A stretch of 64,000 nucleotides of DNA from Geosiphon pyriformis uo1. Taxonomy: Eukaryota; Fungi; Glomeromycota. The stretch covers positions 1 to 64,000 of the forward strand of contig JAAOMT010000523.1 in assembly GCA_016748015.1 (NCBI GenBank), read 5' to 3'. Below are positions 1-14,925 of the stretch, one piece after another; within the stretch, counting starts at the first letter, position 1, and every line of letters starts with the position of its first letter. The notes under the pieces are model-generated. The model searched no databases. It was not told the DNA's origin and saw nothing but the letters and a program-made list of their open reading frames with translations. The position numbers and the translations under genes are program-made.

Positions 1-284
1 ATAATTCTTAAATTGTTAAATAATTATAAACTATATATATAAAATAAAATAATTATGTTTAATATACTTAAATATTAAATTTTTAATAAAAATAATAAAT
101 TAAATAAATATTTTTTGCAATATATTTTTTACTATGTTATTATATTTATTTTTTATTAACTATTTTTTTAAAGATATAATAATTAATTTTGTTAAGTTTT
201 TTTTATTATTATTATTAAAGTTTGTTTTTAATATAAATTTATAACTAATATTATAATTTTATTTATTTATTTATTTATTTAACA

Positions 285-3200
285 AGTAAAACTCAAATAC
301 TATTTAGCACAATATATTAAACTAAGTGATTTAAACTAAGTGCAAATTATGTACTTTCTATATATAACCAGTTATTTAGGCTAATTAAAACAATAATATA
401 AAACTATTTTAATAGACATCATATTATTAGTACCAGAAAAAAAACTGCAAAGCTTGTAAAAACCAAAATTAACACTATATGTCTCCATAATACCAAGTAA
501 TCTAACAACACTATTAGAAAGTAATAACAAAAACCCATAACCTCTAAAGACACCAAACCATTATTTGCAATTAAATCTTTTTTTCTATAATTACTCTAAA
601 TTTAGCTCTCACTATTTATATTTTTATTTAATAAACTATCTCTAAGTTTCTTACCAGGTTAATGATTAATTTGCTAACAATTTTAGCACAGCCAAAAATA
701 AACAAAGCTTTCAAATACCAATCTCTAAAAACAAAACCTTTGTACAAAATTATATATACCTTAAAATTAGAAGCATATGTGAAAAACATTTGCATAACAT
801 AAAATAATGATAGACTCAATTCTAACATAAAGGCTCACTAAATTAAATATAAATTAAGCAAGTCTTTACAAACAGCAGGGTCTATTATACACATAAATGA
901 ATGATCAAAAAGTTCTATCTTTCTGCAATAAAAACACAATATACTAAAATAAGCTTTATTATATAAGTGTTTTCTAACAGCAACTGACAAATGATAATGC
1001 AAAGTTTTCATAAAATATAAGTGCAGATCAACAGTAAATTTACTTATAAAACCAGATATTATATACAAATCGAGATGTCAAATTGATAAAGTTTAATCTT
1101 AATCCATATCTTTAATCATATTTGTATTAATAATATTAAATCCAGATCTAACCTCTCAGTAAGCCTGATAAATAGTCTTAAAAACACTATAAGTAAAATA
1201 ACAAATATTTCCAAACATCTCTATTCTACTAATTTTAATATAATTTTCCTTAATGAGAACAAAAAATACCAAATTCAAACACAAAGTTAAGTTAACCAGC
1301 TTGTCAATACATTTATTATTAGAAATACCTAAATGGCTCCTAACCTTAAACCAAAATATATTAAGTTTTTTATCTTTAATAGAGTTTATCACACTATATC
1401 TCTCTATTCAACATTAATTACAAAAATCTGGCAGAGCCAATTTTAATTTAGTAGCACATATATTCAGAACAATCTAACTGTCTGAATGTATCACAATACT
1501 ACTATCAGCTAAAACACATTCTAAAACTAGGACAATAGTCTGTAATTTAGCCATTATAAAAGAAACCAAACCACTAATCTCCACACTAATATTCAAATTT
1601 AAATCAACAAAAAATACAGTTACACTATACCTTATCTTGCATGTTTTCAAGTTTTTAAGTGATTCATTTATGTAAATATTAATGACATCCAAATCAGCAT
1701 TAGAAAAACACTATTATATTATAAAAAAACTGCCAGAACTGAAAACACTTAAAAACTAAAAGCTGTCAGTAAAAGACTGTATAACAAGACAACAAAGAAA
1801 GTTAACTAAATACTTGCATGCCAATTTGAACCACACAGAGACTGGACTCCTAGAATCAAGTTTTTTCCAATAACAAAAGTTTTTCCAATTAAAAACTAAT
1901 CCTTTTTTATTGTATAATTGTTTAATAAAAGCAATATTAAACTTTTTAAGCAATTTAAAAACATTATAGAACACAAAATCTCTTAAAATAAAAGACATTG
2001 GAGTTTTTTCTAAGAACCAAAATGCAGAGAAAAGATTGTTGACAAAAGAAATATTATAATTCAAGAAAATTTTTACAACACCAGTCAAAAAGTTGTTGAC
2101 CAGATTAATTTTTAAACTAACAAAGATCTGCAAATCCAGAAACCTATGATTAAACAAATAACAAAGAATTCTACTAGTATTTAAAAAACAAAGCACCAAA
2201 GCTAACTTACTTTCTATTTGCATCTGCTTAAAAGATTTCAGACTATAAAAAAATGAATGGTAAAGAGTCTTATTGAGAAAGTCTTTGGACAGACCAGCTT
2301 TTATTTTCAAATTTTTTTTGATTAGTGTATCTTATTTATTACATACACTCTTAAAGACAAAACTAAATTGGGTTCTATAACTAATAATAAAATGCAGTAC
2401 TACTAAAACTAAATAAAAAAACTGTTTATTCGAAATAGCCTTCTTTAAAACCATGTTAGTAAAAAATTTGACATTTAAATAAGCTTTTACCAAGCTAGAT
2501 TTAAATAAACTCTTAGAAGACAAAAAAATACCAAGATATTTGTAAAAATTCTTTTTTTGTGCAACAGAAATTGGCAAACCACTTATCAATAATAAGACAT
2601 TTTTGACTTTCTGGTTGATAAAAATAGCTATCATTTTCCCATTGTTAATTAAAATGTTATTAATCTTAAAGAACTTACTTGCAAGATCCAAAATGCACTA
2701 AGTAACTGGCTAATTATTTCTCATCCAAATTGTGTTATTGATAAAAGCACCAGCCACCAGAAACAAAAACAATCTACTCTGTGACTCTATCCTGCCAGTT
2801 TTAACAACAAATCTAGTGTCAATATAATAATTATAAAAGCTTTTATGTTTCTTAACTTCACACAAAAGAGAATTATAGAAGATTCTTTAGAACAGAGAAG
2901 AAAAAACTTTGCTCTGATCCAAACTATTATATATGTAGTATCTATTAATAAATCTATAATTTGTTATAATTTAGTTTATTTTATTATTGTGAATATTACC
3001 AAAGAACCTAATAAAATGCTTATACATTTTAATTTAAACTAAACTATTTTTAAAATAATATTACCCAACAGAATTATAGGCTTTCTGCATATATTACAAA
3101 ACAAACCAAAAATCATGATTTTTTTCCAAAGCATCTTCAATTATTAAGTTTACAGCAAAGATAAAAAACTGAATAGTAGTACTTTTTAACACAGAAAAAT

Positions 3201-4195
3201 TGTCACCATAAAAAACATCAAAATTGCTACATGCCAATAAAATTTTATTAAAAAGTATTTTAAAAAAAATCTTATAAGTAGTTTTAATCAAAACAATTAG
3301 TCTGATGTTAGTTAAAATTCTGTTCTACTTATAAGGCTTAGAAATCATTAACACTTAAGCTTTTTTCTATGGATAAAACACAGATTTACATACTAAACAA
3401 AAGTTTAAGAAATCCAAGAGCATTATAAAAATAGAGGCATCACAATAATTCTATAGTTTATTAATGATATCAGACAAATTAGCAGTTTTTTCATTAGGTA
3501 AATTTTTTATTATGTATTACAATTTATCAAAACTGATAGCAGTCATAATACTAAAAAAAGTATCATTAGTGACATATGCCAATAGTGAGTATTGATAATT
3601 TTACATAACAGAAATTCTATTCATTATCAATCTTTTTCTTGTCCAACCCTCTATTATCACATCAACCATAGATTTGACCTCAATTAAATCAAGAACCAGT
3701 TTATTATTTATAATCAAATAATCTAAAACCACTTTTCAAAAAGAATGTTCTAATATGTTTCTAATAATGTAACTTTTATTAACCACAAAACTTTCTATTT
3801 TCTTATTGATAGCAAACCTAATGTTTATTTTTTCAGCTCTTAGAAATTTGGCAAGTTTGTTAACACAGTATAATTTCCTTATATCAAAAAGAGCAAAACA
3901 AATACAATCAAAACCAGTATTGAAATCCAATAGAACCCAAATATTCAAAGCTTTATCATTATCCAAAGAAGTCCAGTAATTTATCAAAAAAACAAACTTA
4001 CTATCAGTACCCACATGTAAAAACTTGACAATTTTTGATATCAAAATTTCTAATTTATAAAACTTAAAGAAGTTTTTAATGAAAACACCATTAAAGTTCT
4101 TAAATCATATTTTTTTAAATACTTTATTAGCTAAAAAACACATTATTTTGCAAACTATATTTTATATTGTATTCAGATTTGAAAATTTTTTGGAA
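285..4195 (-). mobile_element. Degraded 5'-truncated LINE (non-LTR retrotransposon): RT, RNase H, C-terminal Zn finger, 3' tail ending in (TAAA)n
   Basis: RT remnants LQNMQKAYNSVG (ex-LQDMRKAYDSVG, ~3065-3100) and AFINNTIW (ex-AFVDDTIW, ~2725-2750). RNase H remnants IYINESL..AKLQTI..IHSDS (1474-1692) and KVRSHLGISNNKCID. Zn finger CFYC...HSFMC (838-1068). Many stops. Confidence 0.88.
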
Positions 4196-4689
4196 ATTGT
4201 ATTGATTCAAGAGAATCTTAAGTTGCATTTGCTACAGGGTACTTAAGTTTCCGAGATTCAATTTATTGATTTCTTTTGGTGTGAACAGATAACTTTCTTT
4301 TGGCAAGTTTTATACTTGTGAAATTATATTGCAAAATAAGAATAGCTGTGCAAAATCTAGAATAGGCTGGAGTTTTTTAGGATGTTGAATATCTGGTGAG
4401 ATAGAACCAATAAAAGTTCTTTTGGGGATTTTAATTATATCTTCTGTGGGGTTGTAGATGGGGATTTTGAAGTGTTTATGAACTTTGGCCAATAGGTATA
4501 AGTGAGTAACATTGGCTAGAAAACAGATTTTAGGATTGGCTTCAAATAACAGAGCTTGATCTTGGATCTTTCAATTTACTTTGAGGATGTATTGTCAGTA
4601 AAAGGAGATAAAGATAACTGTATTAGTGTAAATAAGTTCTACCTGGTTACTATCTTTTTCCATGAAGTTAATTGGTACATTTCCTTTTT

Positions 4690-5070
4690 TACTTAATCCA
4701 AATCTGTTAATTTCTTGGACAGTGAGGCCTAATTCTTCTTGGGTGGTTACTGAAATTAATTGGTGTATTTTGACTAGGGATAGAAAGATAGCTTGGGCAA
4801 TTTTTTCTTGTAATTCTATTTTGTAGGGTTTGTTCGAATTGTTCTGTAGCATTACTATGATGTTTTTTATATAACTGGCATCAATAATTTCTCTCTTTAT
4901 GTCAATTCTTTTTTTGGCTAGACTAGATCGAGAGGCAACTTGTATTATTGTACTGACAGGAATTTCTAACACTATCTTAAGATCTATTTTACAAAGAAAT
5001 ATGAGGCTATAATTATGGGTGATTGTCTGGAGTATTATAGATTGAAACCAGTATTGGTGTCATGCACTTT
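4690..5070 (-). pseudogene. dUTPase domain of Gypsy element A (degenerate)
   Basis: Motifs: DTNTGFNL (1), SRSSLA (2), IIDASY (3), EKIAQ (4), INRFGLS (decayed motif 5). Confidence 0.85.
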
Positions 5071-8000
5071 TTTGGGGCAAATTTTTTTTTCATTGTTACT
5101 GTACCATTTTAATTCTAATTCTTTGAATAGGTCAGAATATGTGAGATACTGTTTTGTTTCAATATTCTCAGTTGGATCTTGAAATAACATGTTTTTGGTG
5201 ATTAATTCCTCTTCAACCTTGGGTTCCAGTAGTTTGGTAATCGGGTATAGTTTTCTTGAAGGCAGGTTGAATATGATATTGCATTCATCACAGTACTGAA
5301 AGTGGCAAAAGATCAAACAATGATCATATAGTTTCATGTTTAGGTCAGCTAATCTTTGCTTCTGCTTTTCTTTAGTTGGTGTCAGGTTCTGGTAGTGCTT
5401 GTAGAAGTATTCTGGATTGTTTTTAATGTTGTCAAAGATGTCAAAAGTCATAACATATTCGGATTCTGGAAGGAATAAGAGGTTGTTTTTGATTTCTAGT
5501 AATTCCCTGGTTGTAGCACCCTCTGCTTTTGCACTTGTCATTCTCCAAATCTCATGTTTGTTAAGAAAATACTTGTCTAATTGTTATAATGCTTATTTCT
5601 AGGCATTGTCAATTGGAGTTCTTTTTTGTATCCAATCATTGATTAAAATGGTGTATTAATATGCTTTGTCATATGTTTTTCCTCTGCCAGAAACATTGTT
5701 CTATAGTCCTTCATTTGGCAGAATCTCACTATAAACAAGGCATAGTGTATTGTTCCATTTGTCTTGTTGTTTTGGTCTGCCAAATCTTTCCAACACACAA
5801 GATCTGCAGTAATATTTGGTGGCAGTTGGCCATTCTTTGTTGTCTTTGATACATGTACCCATAGAAGATAACTTTTTCTCACAGTTAACACAAATTAATT
5901 TCAGGTTTGATACCATTGACTTTCTTGACTTGAAATGAAATAGTCTGCAGATGCCAATTGTAGTTTTTCTTCTGCTTTTTCTTTTTCTTTTTCTTTTTAA
6001 GTTGGTGGTAGGGGTAACTTTGTTCAAAAATTGTTTGTCCATAAAACTTAATAGGTTTCTATAGTTGGTGGTGGTGTTGTGTTTTTGAATTTAATTAGCA
6101 GTTTCTTTAAGTTTTGGACTTTAAGGTGTCTGCACATAGCCAGGACTTGGGCATGTTGTCCATTAAAAATGATCTGTAATTTCTGTGTGTTCCAGTCAAG
6201 AGTGGTATGGGCTTTGGCCAACCAGTTATTTCTGATGAGAGCTTGATATTGTGTGGCTTTCATAATCAGGACTTTCATAGGAATTTGGATTCCATTGATT
6301 TCAAAGGGAAAGTTATTAATTTTTCCAATTGGGGTTTTGGTATTGCGATCTGTAGTAATGATTTGGGTGGTTGTGGCATGATCTACTTGGTGATCTAATT
6401 AATTCATAAGTTGTTTTATTATTATACTATTTGCTGATTTGCTATCAAGAATTAATTTAATGTTTATGTTTCCAACTCTAGCATTGGTGTACAAGACTGT
6501 GATTGGTTTGTCCTAATTTATGGTGGCTCCACTGAAAAAATTATTTGTGTTTAGACTGTTAATGTCAAAGAGAAAGATAGCAGCAAGGGTGGTATCTTCA
6601 GTAATAGTGGCAGATGGAATAGTATTGTTGGTTTAATTTCATCTCAAAGAGTTGGAAGTCTCTCCTACAGTCTTTCTTTTTAAAGATATAGAGCTATAAA
6701 AATCCTGGTTTTCAGTGAGACCAAGATATGAGACTTGGTTAAAGTATCCAGTTGGTGCTGGTTAAGATAAGGCATTATTATGATTTAGAGATTATAATAG
6801 TACACTGTTAGTTGGCATTTGATTGTTGCTGGGGTTTCTCTATCCTTGGTTGTAATCAATTACACAATATCTAGGTTGGTTATTAATGAGGTTTTGGTAT
6901 TGGGGTGCTGTTTGAACCATTGGTTGTGATGACTGGTAATAGTTCTAAGGCAGTTGCTAAGTATACTGAATTTGTGGTGAGTATTAAGACAGTTGATACT
7001 AAGACACAGAGTATTGGAATACCATGTTTTGAGAGTATCTTGGTTGCTGATGTTGATTTCTTTGATTTTGGTCTATTACTTTCTTATGGCAGTTCTGGAC
7101 AATGTGTCCAGGTTTCTGACAATAATAACAATTGTGGGGATTGGATCTCTAAGGTTGTTGTTGTTGCTGATAATTTTGTTGTTATTGGTATCTGTTGTTA
7201 TTACTATCTCTTTGTTGTGGTGGCTGGTAAGATTCTATGATACTGGCTAAAAATTTTTCAATTTTCTGAGTTAATTTTTCACTTAATTGAGTTATTTTTG
7301 TGTCAATATTGGCTGTTTCATTGATAGCCAGGTTAATGACTTAAGTATAGCTAGCCTTTTGTTCTGCTGATTCAAAGTCACAAACAAGATTAACTGCCTC
7401 TTATAGATTTGTCAGGTGGTGGGTTTTACAAATCAGAGGAGATTGCCTTTTAATTCTTTGACAAATTGATTAAGAATTTGTGCTGCAGTGTAGTAGTCTC
7501 TTTCAATGGCCTGGATTTGACACAAGATTTGGTTGAATCATCCAAGATAAGTGGTTACTGCTTCATAATCTTTTTGTTTTATAATATTAAACTGATTTTG
7601 TAATCTGATGAGAGTATTAGGTCACAAAAGTATTGCAGAAAGGCAAGTTTAAAGATGGTGACATCAGTTGGTTTTTTTGCAAGACTTTAATACTATGAGT
7701 TTGCGGTTCTGGTCAGAAAAAATGGCAATGCTTAAATGGCTTTATCATCATTCCAATTGTTGACAGTAATGGTTTTCTTAGCTTCCACGATTCATGTATA
7801 TGTATCATCTTTTTCATCAGAGAATTTCTCTAATTTGGCAATATCTCAGTAAGCCATAATCTGGTGAGTAGGTAGAGTCTTACTGGTTGATACTGAAGAG
7901 TTTGGTGTTTGCATGCTAGAATGTTCTCCTGGTGCTAATTTTGGTTGTTTCTCTTTGTTAATTTTTCCAATAGGCTGAAAAATAGCTGTTTTTTCAGAAG

Positions 8001-8721
8001 GGGTAGTTGATAATTTGGTTAAAGATTGGGTTGGTAGTGGTTCCCATGTCAATGTATTTCTATCTGTTTTATTAATTGTTGGGGTAAGATTTCCAAACAA
8101 TGATCCATATTCTCTTAATGATTTGGTCCAACTGTGTTAACTCCAGGAGTGTGAATTTCCAGGAGTTTGTGATGTTTCTAACTGGATTTCTAGGAGTAAG
8201 TTGAATACAATTCTACTTTGAAGTGTTTGATGGTATGATAGAGTTGTTAGAGAGAGGAACCTTGGTTTTTGTTGACTGTAGACTTGGCTTGAGCAGTTGC
8301 AGGGTTGTTAGATTTGTCTTTGTATTTCTTAAGATCAGATTCCACTGGTTGTTATACTTGAGAGAATCATTTTGCCATGTAATATTTAATGTCTGTATTG
8401 ATTATGCACAGAGTTTCAGTGATTGCTTGGGTAGTCATAACTGTTGAATACCCTAATAAGCTTTGATGGATTTGTTCTTCCAGTTTTTTTGTGTTGGTTG
8501 TACAGCCTAATAAGCAATCAATTTTTGTATTGATATAGTTACAAAAATCACTTTCTGTATAATCAGTTTCTGCTGATATTCCTAGATCTTTTTAAAAGTA
8601 TTGAAATAATGCTCTTCCATATAAGGAGTGGTTCTTTTCTATTATTTCAATAGTCACCACTTTTGTGAATTTCTGGAGTGCTCTGTCTTTGTGGATTTAT
8701 AATCTTACAAGGAACACCAAA

Positions 8722-9746
8722 TGTTACAGGTAAACTTGGTAAGATAGAGAAATAGTAACATTTGGTGCTTTCAAGTATTGGTAATACATATTTCACGTAA
8801 TTCTAGTGGCTTACTTTTTGATTATCAGTCTTTGAAGATTTTATCTACTGGTTGTAAATTTATCTATTAAGTTCTTTGATTATAAAGCACAGAGTTTTGG
8901 TTCTTATTGATTGTAACTTCTTATAAAGGTGAGCTTTTTTCTCTGAACTAACAAGTGCAGTTGTTAGAATCTGGCATTGTCTTTTTGCCCTTTTGATAAG
9001 CTATCAAGATAACGTTAATATTTAAAATCTAGGAGGAGCTTTCCTCTTTTACCAGGCTATTATAAAGTCTATTCCCAGACAGTCAATTTTATTATGTTGC
9101 TGCTCCACAAGAGAAAATAAAATAAAAAAATAAAAATAAAATAAAAATAAAATAAAATAAAATAAAAGAAAAAATAAATTAGTATTGTCAATTGTCATGA
9201 TTAAGAGTAATTAGTCCAAATTGTTAATAGTTTAAGACAATTATGCTAAGAACATCTGTCCTGAAACAAAGATATGAAACAATAATTAATTCACATAAAT
9301 TTCACAAAGTTTAAGAACATGAATTCAGATTTATTTTAGAAGATGAATATAAAATATAATAAAGAAAGAAGTATGAATATTTGATTCTTGTCTAGTGGTT
9401 CATATCTATCTGTTCTGTCTTTTTTTTATCTTTTACAACTACTTGCTTTTATATATTCTTTTGGTTTTATAGAATTGCTTCTAATTGTTTCATTATTGCT
9501 ACCTATTGCTTTTGTTATTTTTGTTATTGCTTCGTTTTTCTATGTTATTACTAGTTATCCTATGCTATAACATGTTATCTGGTATTATTATATGTTATTC
9601 TGTATTATTCTACATTATAATGTATTATCCTGCACTATCTTAAGTTATAACATGTTATTTAATATTATTGCATGCTATTCTGTATTATATTATATTCTGG
9701 TCATGTTTTTTCATAACTTTGGATTGGTTTTTCTACTCAGGTAACA
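8722..9746 (-). repeat. 5' LTR of element A (LTR family 1, ~1025 bp)
   Basis: Minus strand TGTTAC...TGTAACA, followed directly by PBS-like TTTGGTGTTCCTTG. A homologous decayed copy lies at 23805-24710. Confidence 0.85.
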
Positions 9747-10659
9747 ACATGCTAAATTAAAGTTAAATATAAACAAATATTTTTTCAAAAAAACAGAGCT
9801 TAAATTTTTAAAACACATAGTTAAAAAGAAAAACATTAAAACAAATTCAGATAAAATTAAAAAAGTAAAAAACTTTCTATTAAAAAATTTAACAAAACTT
9901 AAAAGCTTCTTAAAATTAGCTAAATATTATCAACAATTTATACAAAACTTCTCAGTAATTACACAATTATTTCACTAATTTTAGACCAAAAATACTTGAT
10001 ACAAGTAGACAAAAATATAATAACAAGCTTTTAAAATGTTAAAACAAAAACTTATACAAATTTTAGTTCTAATATATTTAAATAATAATAATAAATTTAT
10101 GATTACCACTAATGCTTTTGGATTAGAACTTATAAAAAAACATCTAATAACATATATTAATAGGAATTTAAATTCTACAAAAAAAAACTATAAAATTTTA
10201 ACACTAGAATATTTGGCAATCTACTAAACTATAATTAAATAAAAAAATATTTACACTAAAAGTTTAATGTTTATATTAATCATAAAAATTTAATATTACT
10301 AATTAAAAAAAATTAACTGATAATAAAACTGCCAAATAGAAAACTATGTTTTTACTCTTTAAATATAAAATATATTATAAAAAAAAAATAGAAATATTGA
10401 TAGTTTATTATAAATAAAACAATTATAAAAATAAAAACAACAAATAAAATAACAAAATAAACAATAAAAATTATCGGAAATTAACTCATTATATTATTAC
10501 TAAATAGTTTAAAGAAAAATTATCTTAAAACAAATAAAATAAAATTTATTAATTATATTAATTACCAAAATATACTATATTAAAAAAACTAACAAAATTC
10601 AAACAGTTTATTAAGAAAAATAAAAAAACAAAAAAAAAACAATATTGTTTAATATACAC
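9747..10659 (+). mobile_element. Old, heavily decayed Gypsy pol fragment (RT end, RNase H, integrase start), bounded by two LTRs
   Basis: KLKLNINKYFFQKTELKFLKHIV, FMITTNAFG and KKNYKILTLEYLAIY align with the RT/RNase H at 57950-58700. Confidence 0.75.
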
Positions 10660-13130
10660 TATTATCAACTGAAATTTGAAATATTATTTAGCATAAAATT
10701 ATTTTTATAATTCTTATTATTAATTAGCATATATTATTATTTTAATTTATTACTTATTATCTTATTAAATTATCCAAATTATTATTTAATTAATAACTCG
10801 ATTTATACAAAACACAAATAAAATCAAATTGTAATAATTAGTTTATATAATATATCAAATTATGTAATATTCAGAATTTGCCAAAATATTTAGTAATTTA
10901 ATAAAATATTTAAAAGTTTATTAAAATAATTTATAGTTTACAGAAATAATTTGTAGTTTAACAAAATATATCTTAAGTTACCAAAAAATTAAGAAAAAAA
11001 ATATTCTAAATTATAGAATAGTATTATAATAAATTGTATAAAAAAAAAGCTTTTTTTTTGAAAAAATATATTTTAGTTAGAATTTATCTTAATTAAAATC
11101 ATTTTCTATTCAATTTTTCTTACAAATCAATTTTAATAAAACTTACTTTAAAAAACATAAAAATTTTTGACTATTTTTATTGCAAAATTAACTATTTTAT
11201 ACTAATGTTTTGAAATTAATTAACTATTAATTTTAATAAATTATTAATAACTTTTAGACTTAGATCTAAAACAATTTTTTTAACACATTTTCTTATTTTT
11301 TTCTTTAGTTTTTTTTATTTTTTTTTATTTTTTTTATATTATTGAATAATTTACAGTTAAAATTTTCTGTAAAAAAATTAATTTTTACAGCAAAATAATT
11401 ATACATATTTTTAAAAAACTTATAAACAAAAATTTTCTGTAAAAGAGTTGACTTTTGTAGTAAAATAATTACACATATTTTAAAGAGCTTACAGATAAAA
11501 TTTTTCTGTAAAAAAATTGATTTTTACTGCAAAATAACTATATAAATAATTGGTACAGAATTGGTTATTTTATCATAAATTTAATAGCATATATAATTCA
11601 AAGTATTAAAAAATACTTTGAAAGAAAAATTAGCTTATTGGAGATTTACTAACTTTTATTAACAATAAAAATAATAACAAAATAATATTAACAATATTAT
11701 AAAAGGGTAAAAAAACCTTTGATAACATTTGATGCTCTCTCAAGAAAAACACAGCAATAATTAAATTAAAATAACAATTATATTAGACATAACAATTCTA
11801 GAATACTATTAGTTAATTTACATTTACTGCAAAAAATGATTTGGAATTTGAAATAAAATCACAGCTTTTAAGAAAATACTCTTTTAATATATTAAAAACC
11901 AAATCAGTAATTATCTTTTTAAAAACTATAATATCATAAAAATCAAGCAAAATTTTCATAAAAATTTTATTTATAATTCAAATAAAAATCCAAAAAAATT
12001 AGTGCTAATAATTACATTATTTATTTTAAAAAACTTGATTACAATATTATCAAGTTTTGTGAAAAAAAATATTTTACTAATTTACAATTTGTTTTTAAAT
12101 TTGAGTTTAAACTTAAAACAAATAGCAAAGACAAAAAAAAAACATCTAACCAGTTTATATAACTCTCAACATATTAAAAACAATTTTTCAATACTTGCAA
12201 ACACCTAAACAAGAAACTAATTTTAAATTACCACTTTCAATTACATCTTTTTTAGCTTTATTTGCTTAAGTACAAACATTTAACTTACTCTTTAACCGAT
12301 TTTTAAGACCAGAAAACTTTACCAAAAGTCTAATTTAACAGTCAAAACTAATCTATACAAGCATTAATCTTTTTGATTATTTAATAAAAAACTAAAACAA
12401 ACACTCAAAAACATTAGCCAATTAAGAAAACGTTTCTGAATTAATCAAAAAAAAAATAAAAGAAAAATAAAAAAGAAAAAAAAAGCCACAGAAAAAAAAA
12501 GGAAATTACAAATATAAAAAAAACAAAAAAACAACTTTATATATTGTAAAAGTTCTTAATTTTTCTGAAAAAATACTAAGACCAGTTTCCAAAAATAGCT
12601 TAATCAAATTATTAAAGCAAAAAATATAAACAAATAAAATACAATTAGAATATTAAAAATAATTTCTTATTTTCTTAAAAGAATTACAGATAAATGATTT
12701 AAAAACTTAATTGTTTCTTTTGTAAATTAAACAGTCTTTAAAACTGCTTTTTTTGAACAGTTTATTAATAACAATACCTTAATTACTTTTCAAAATTGTT
12801 TTTAAAACATTAAACAAAAATTATTTAAGTCTGTTATAATTATATTAAAAAGTTTAATAAACTTTTCAGAAGAATCTACCAACTAAAAACAAATGTTTAC
12901 TATTCTAATACTCAAGTTTTAGATTAATTTATTACTGAGCTTAAAGACAAACTTATCAAAAAAGTTTGATTATATGTTCCAAAAAATTTAGTTACTACTA
13001 TTTAACATGTTAAAAACTATAAAATAACAATAAAAAAAGCAAACTATACTAAACTTGTCAACTTAACAATCGAAAAAACCAGTTTAACTACTGATTAACT
13101 CACAAAAAAAGTTAAAACATATTTTTAGAT
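10660..13130 (+). mobile_element. Gypsy element B: 5' LTR (10660-11727), PBS, decayed gag, truncated
   Basis: TATTATC (ex-TGTTATC)...GATAACA, then TTTGATGCTCTCT. Gag remnant QVLD*FITELKDKLIKKV...IKKANYTKLVNLTI (~12910-13075). About 3 copies of a ~70-bp internal LTR repeat at 11355-11545. Confidence 0.78.
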
Positions 13131-13134
13131 AACA

Positions 13135-14925
13135 AAATTTTTTTAATCAATAATTTGCTTAGTGTATATTATAGTGCTAATTATTTTTTAATGTTTAAAA
13201 TATTAGAAAATTTTTATTATTTTAATGTAGTTTATTTTTTAAAACACTTTAATGTTGTATTTAAAAACAGATTATTGGACAAATATAAACTAATTATAAA
13301 TTAAAAGACTTTTTATTATTAAAAAAAATTATGCTTTAAAGATTTAATGCTATCATAATTTGTAAAGACTTTAACTTATATGAATAATTTCTCTGTTAAA
13401 TTTAGTAAAATTATTTTTAGCTCTAATTGTTTGAACTTTTTCTGTTTGAGAAAATTTTCAAATATTTACAAGTATTTACATAAGTTGTAGATAGAAGCAA
13501 TAAGTATTTATATTAATAATTTTTTAAAAAACTTAAGTACTACAAAAGTAATTAGTAAGATAATAACTTACTTTTTTGATATTAAGATAAGTATAGTTGT
13601 TAAAATATATAAGTTACTGTCTTTAATAATAATAGAATTACAAACAATTGCTTTGGAATTAAACTGTATTTTTTTTTGTTTAATAATCTTGTATACAAAC
13701 TGCCAAACTGCTATTAGTATATATGTTTTAAAACTCAAATTTAATTTGCTTAATTTTCAAAATAAATATTAAATAAAAAGATATTATATAACTAATTTGA
13801 TTAAAACAAAAAACATTTTTGTAAAGTAAATAAAAATTAAGAACTATTTAAAAAACATTGACAATAATTAAATAAATATTTTTATATTTGTTATAATTCA
13901 ATCTTATTTAGTTTTTTCTGTTAAGATTTATAAAAAATTTATTATGATTAATAGTTTAGTTATGTTGATTAATGCTTATTATTTTGTTTATAATATCTAT
14001 TAAACTGTTTGTTATGCTCAATAGAAAGCAAATTCTAATGTAGAGATTTTGCATAACTTATTTATCTAAAATATAGACTTTGATTTATACTGCTATAATT
14101 TGATATTTGAATTCTTATATGCTTTTTGGGTTTATTAATAGAACTTTAACTGTTTTTTGTATATATCTAATAAAAACAATTTATAAAAAATTACTGGTTG
14201 CAATTAGAAAAAAACTTTATAATATAAATTATTTGAATATTTTGTGTTTATTGTGTAATAATATTAAGCTGTTTAATTATGTTTTTATTTGTCTAAAATA
14301 TGCTTTTATATAATTTGAAATTTTGTTTAGTTATATTAAGCTATAAAAATTTTTAATAAAAGCCTGTTTTTTTTATTATTTTTAATATTATATTTTTTTT
14401 TTGGAAGTTTTGGATATTGATGTTTACATTATTCTGTATAAAATTTTCATTTTTAAAAATTAAATTAATAAGATGGTGTTGATTTTTGATAATAAAAAAG
14501 AAATTATATTAGTGATAATTAATTTTGTTTACTGTTTAACTAAAAAATATTGCAATAAGTTATAAATATTTAGGTCAAAGTTTAAGATAAACATAGAAAA
14601 AAGTGGTCTAGTTGGTAATAAAAAAGTATTGCTTAATGTTTTTTGTAGCTTGTTTAGTTTTTTGTTAGTTAAAGTGATTTATTTGTTTGGTATTATTAAG
14701 TTATTTGCTATTAGTTTTAAATTACATAAAGCTTGTTTGTTTTTTTTAGATATAAACAATAGTACAGAAATTTGTATAAGTATATAATATTGTCTTAATT
14801 GATTTGAATAATTAGTTATATATAATAAATACATAAGTCATGTTTAATTAAAATTACTTAATTTGTTTTTTTGTATTAAATAGTAATTAAGTTGTACTTA
14901 TTAAATAATAATAATAATAAAAATA
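13135..14925 (+). mobile_element. Heavily decayed LINE 3' portion (RNase H, Zn finger, 3' tail with (TAA)n)
   Basis: Collinear with the reverse complement of ~300-2050; Zn-finger remnant VAIRKKLYNINYLNILCLLC; shared 3' tail at ~14800-14915. Confidence 0.78.

Larger units (their letters stand above)
4196..9746 (-). mobile_element. Ty3/Gypsy element A, 3'-truncated: 5' LTR, PBS, gag, CCHC, protease, Cys-rich insert, dUTPase
   Basis: Gag IAKLEKFSDEKDD (~7810-7845); knuckle CYYCQKPGHIVQNC (~7065-7115); protease KLILDSKSANSII (~6420-6460); dUTPase ASRSSLAKK..IIDASY..EKIAQAIF. Stops at ILLNQY, just before RT. Confidence 0.88.

Noticed and set aside
9388-14313. Short hydrophobic I/L/F/K/N-rich ORFs in AT-rich DNA (also 23916, 35917, 41650, 49551)
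   Set aside because: Compositional artefacts of decayed repeats and LTRs, or decayed TE frames; not host membrane proteins.
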